The notes under the pieces: model-generated
The model's input: the letters and a program-made list of their open reading frames with translations, nothing else
The model's database searches: none
Told to the model about the DNA's origin: nothing
Shown: in pieces, positions 63,180 through 64,000 of the stretch
Layout of the letters: every line of letters begins with the position of its first letter
Position numbering within the stretch: the first letter of the stretch is position 1
Translations under genes and position numbers: made by a program
Assembly: GCF_006345805.1 (NCBI RefSeq)
Contig: NC_043003.1
Span: 50,034,001-50,098,000, forward strand
Length of the DNA: 64,000 bases
From: Octopus sinensis
Taxonomy: Eukaryota
Direction: 5' to 3'

Positions 63180-63773
63180 CACTCTGTCACGTGACTTTTA
63201 GAGGCACCCTGCAACGAGGCCCTATCCCTTCCATCAAAATTCATTATCTTCGCACCTTTTATTCACAGCTCTATTTTGCTTTATTCTATTTGAAGTTCAA
63301 GATTTCACGTTATCCTAAAGAACAGGTTGAAAAGTACAAATTAAAAGTACAAGTTATTTAGGTCTATTACAAATTTCAATAAGTAAAACTTCCAGATATG
63401 AATAAAAGAGCACTTTTATAATCCAGGCAACTTTCAAAGACAAACATGGCGCACTTTTCGCTTCGCGAAATCATCGATCAGTTCAGAATAATGAAGCCGA
63501 GAACTAAATTCGTGTTCGATAGATATCATAGAAAATCCTCAAAGTCTGGTGCACGTTCATGGTACAATGTAATTTTTTACAAGAACTTTGCAGGTACAGT
63601 TGAACTTTTGCAGGTACAGTTGAAATTTTCAGTTAACATAGTTTAATTCATGTTCAACATCTTAACTAAAGTAAATAGATGACTCATCTACGTACATTGA
63701 TCTTAACATGGGCCCCTCAACCGTAGAGGCCCCTCGCGACCGTAGTGGTTGCAGTGGCTTAGTCACGGCCCTG
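63180..63773. mobile_element. Probable hAT-type MITE inside a SINE-A
   Basis: 8-bp flanks gatgaaag (63172-63179) and gatggaag (63774-63781); right end agtcacggccctg; left TIR only partly matches; the SINE resumes after it. Confidence 0.5.
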
Positions 63774-64000
63774 GATGGAAGGCAAGGTCGACCCTAGCTG
63801 CATTTGAATTCAGAACGTAAAGACGGACGAAATCCGCTACGTATTTTGCCCAGCGCGCTGACAATTCTGCCAACTTGCCACACAAAATTTATAATCAATA
63901 TTGGTTTAAAATTTTGGCACAAGGTCAGCAGTTTTGGTGGGGAGGGGCTAAGTCGATTAAATCGACTTCACTGCCTAACTGTACTTATTTCATCGATCCA

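Overview
AT-rich, microsatellite-dense animal genomic DNA. Octopus-like origin is my inference from the dominant tRNA-derived SINE families, the mariner/RTE/Penelope content and the TA/CA/TACA load. I recognise no intact host gene; most of the supplied ORF track is microsatellite or SINE translation. The window is mostly decayed mobile DNA. Three SINE families are present (my labels: SINE-A, head ggcggcgagctggcag; SINE-B, head gaaggcgcgtggc; SINE-C, head aggcgcaggagtggc with a CORE-like block). LINEs: a CR1/L2-type fragment (18.4-19.8 kb), RTE remnants and restriction-like-endonuclease (R4/Dong-type) remnants. There is also a Penelope-like element (19.9-24.5 kb), mariner and DD37D transposase pseudogenes, TIR MITEs, a non-autonomous Helitron and a 100-N gap. 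Most notable: (1) SINE-A dimers to 5-unit chains that share one fixed junction and are bracketed by single target-site duplications; (2) decayed hammerhead ribozyme cores in Penelope-type terminal repeats; (3) A-poor, CpG-dense patches that might be A-to-G hypermutated; (4) a 1.5-kb fold-back palindrome centred on (TA)n, which may be an assembly artefact; (5) a five-layer TE nest at 48.2-49.5 kb; (6) a weak, unverified minus-strand exon chain. Coordinates were counted by hand; edges of degenerate repeats are approximate. The 20-24 kb and 29.8-31.3 kb regions look indel-rich and may be under-polished.
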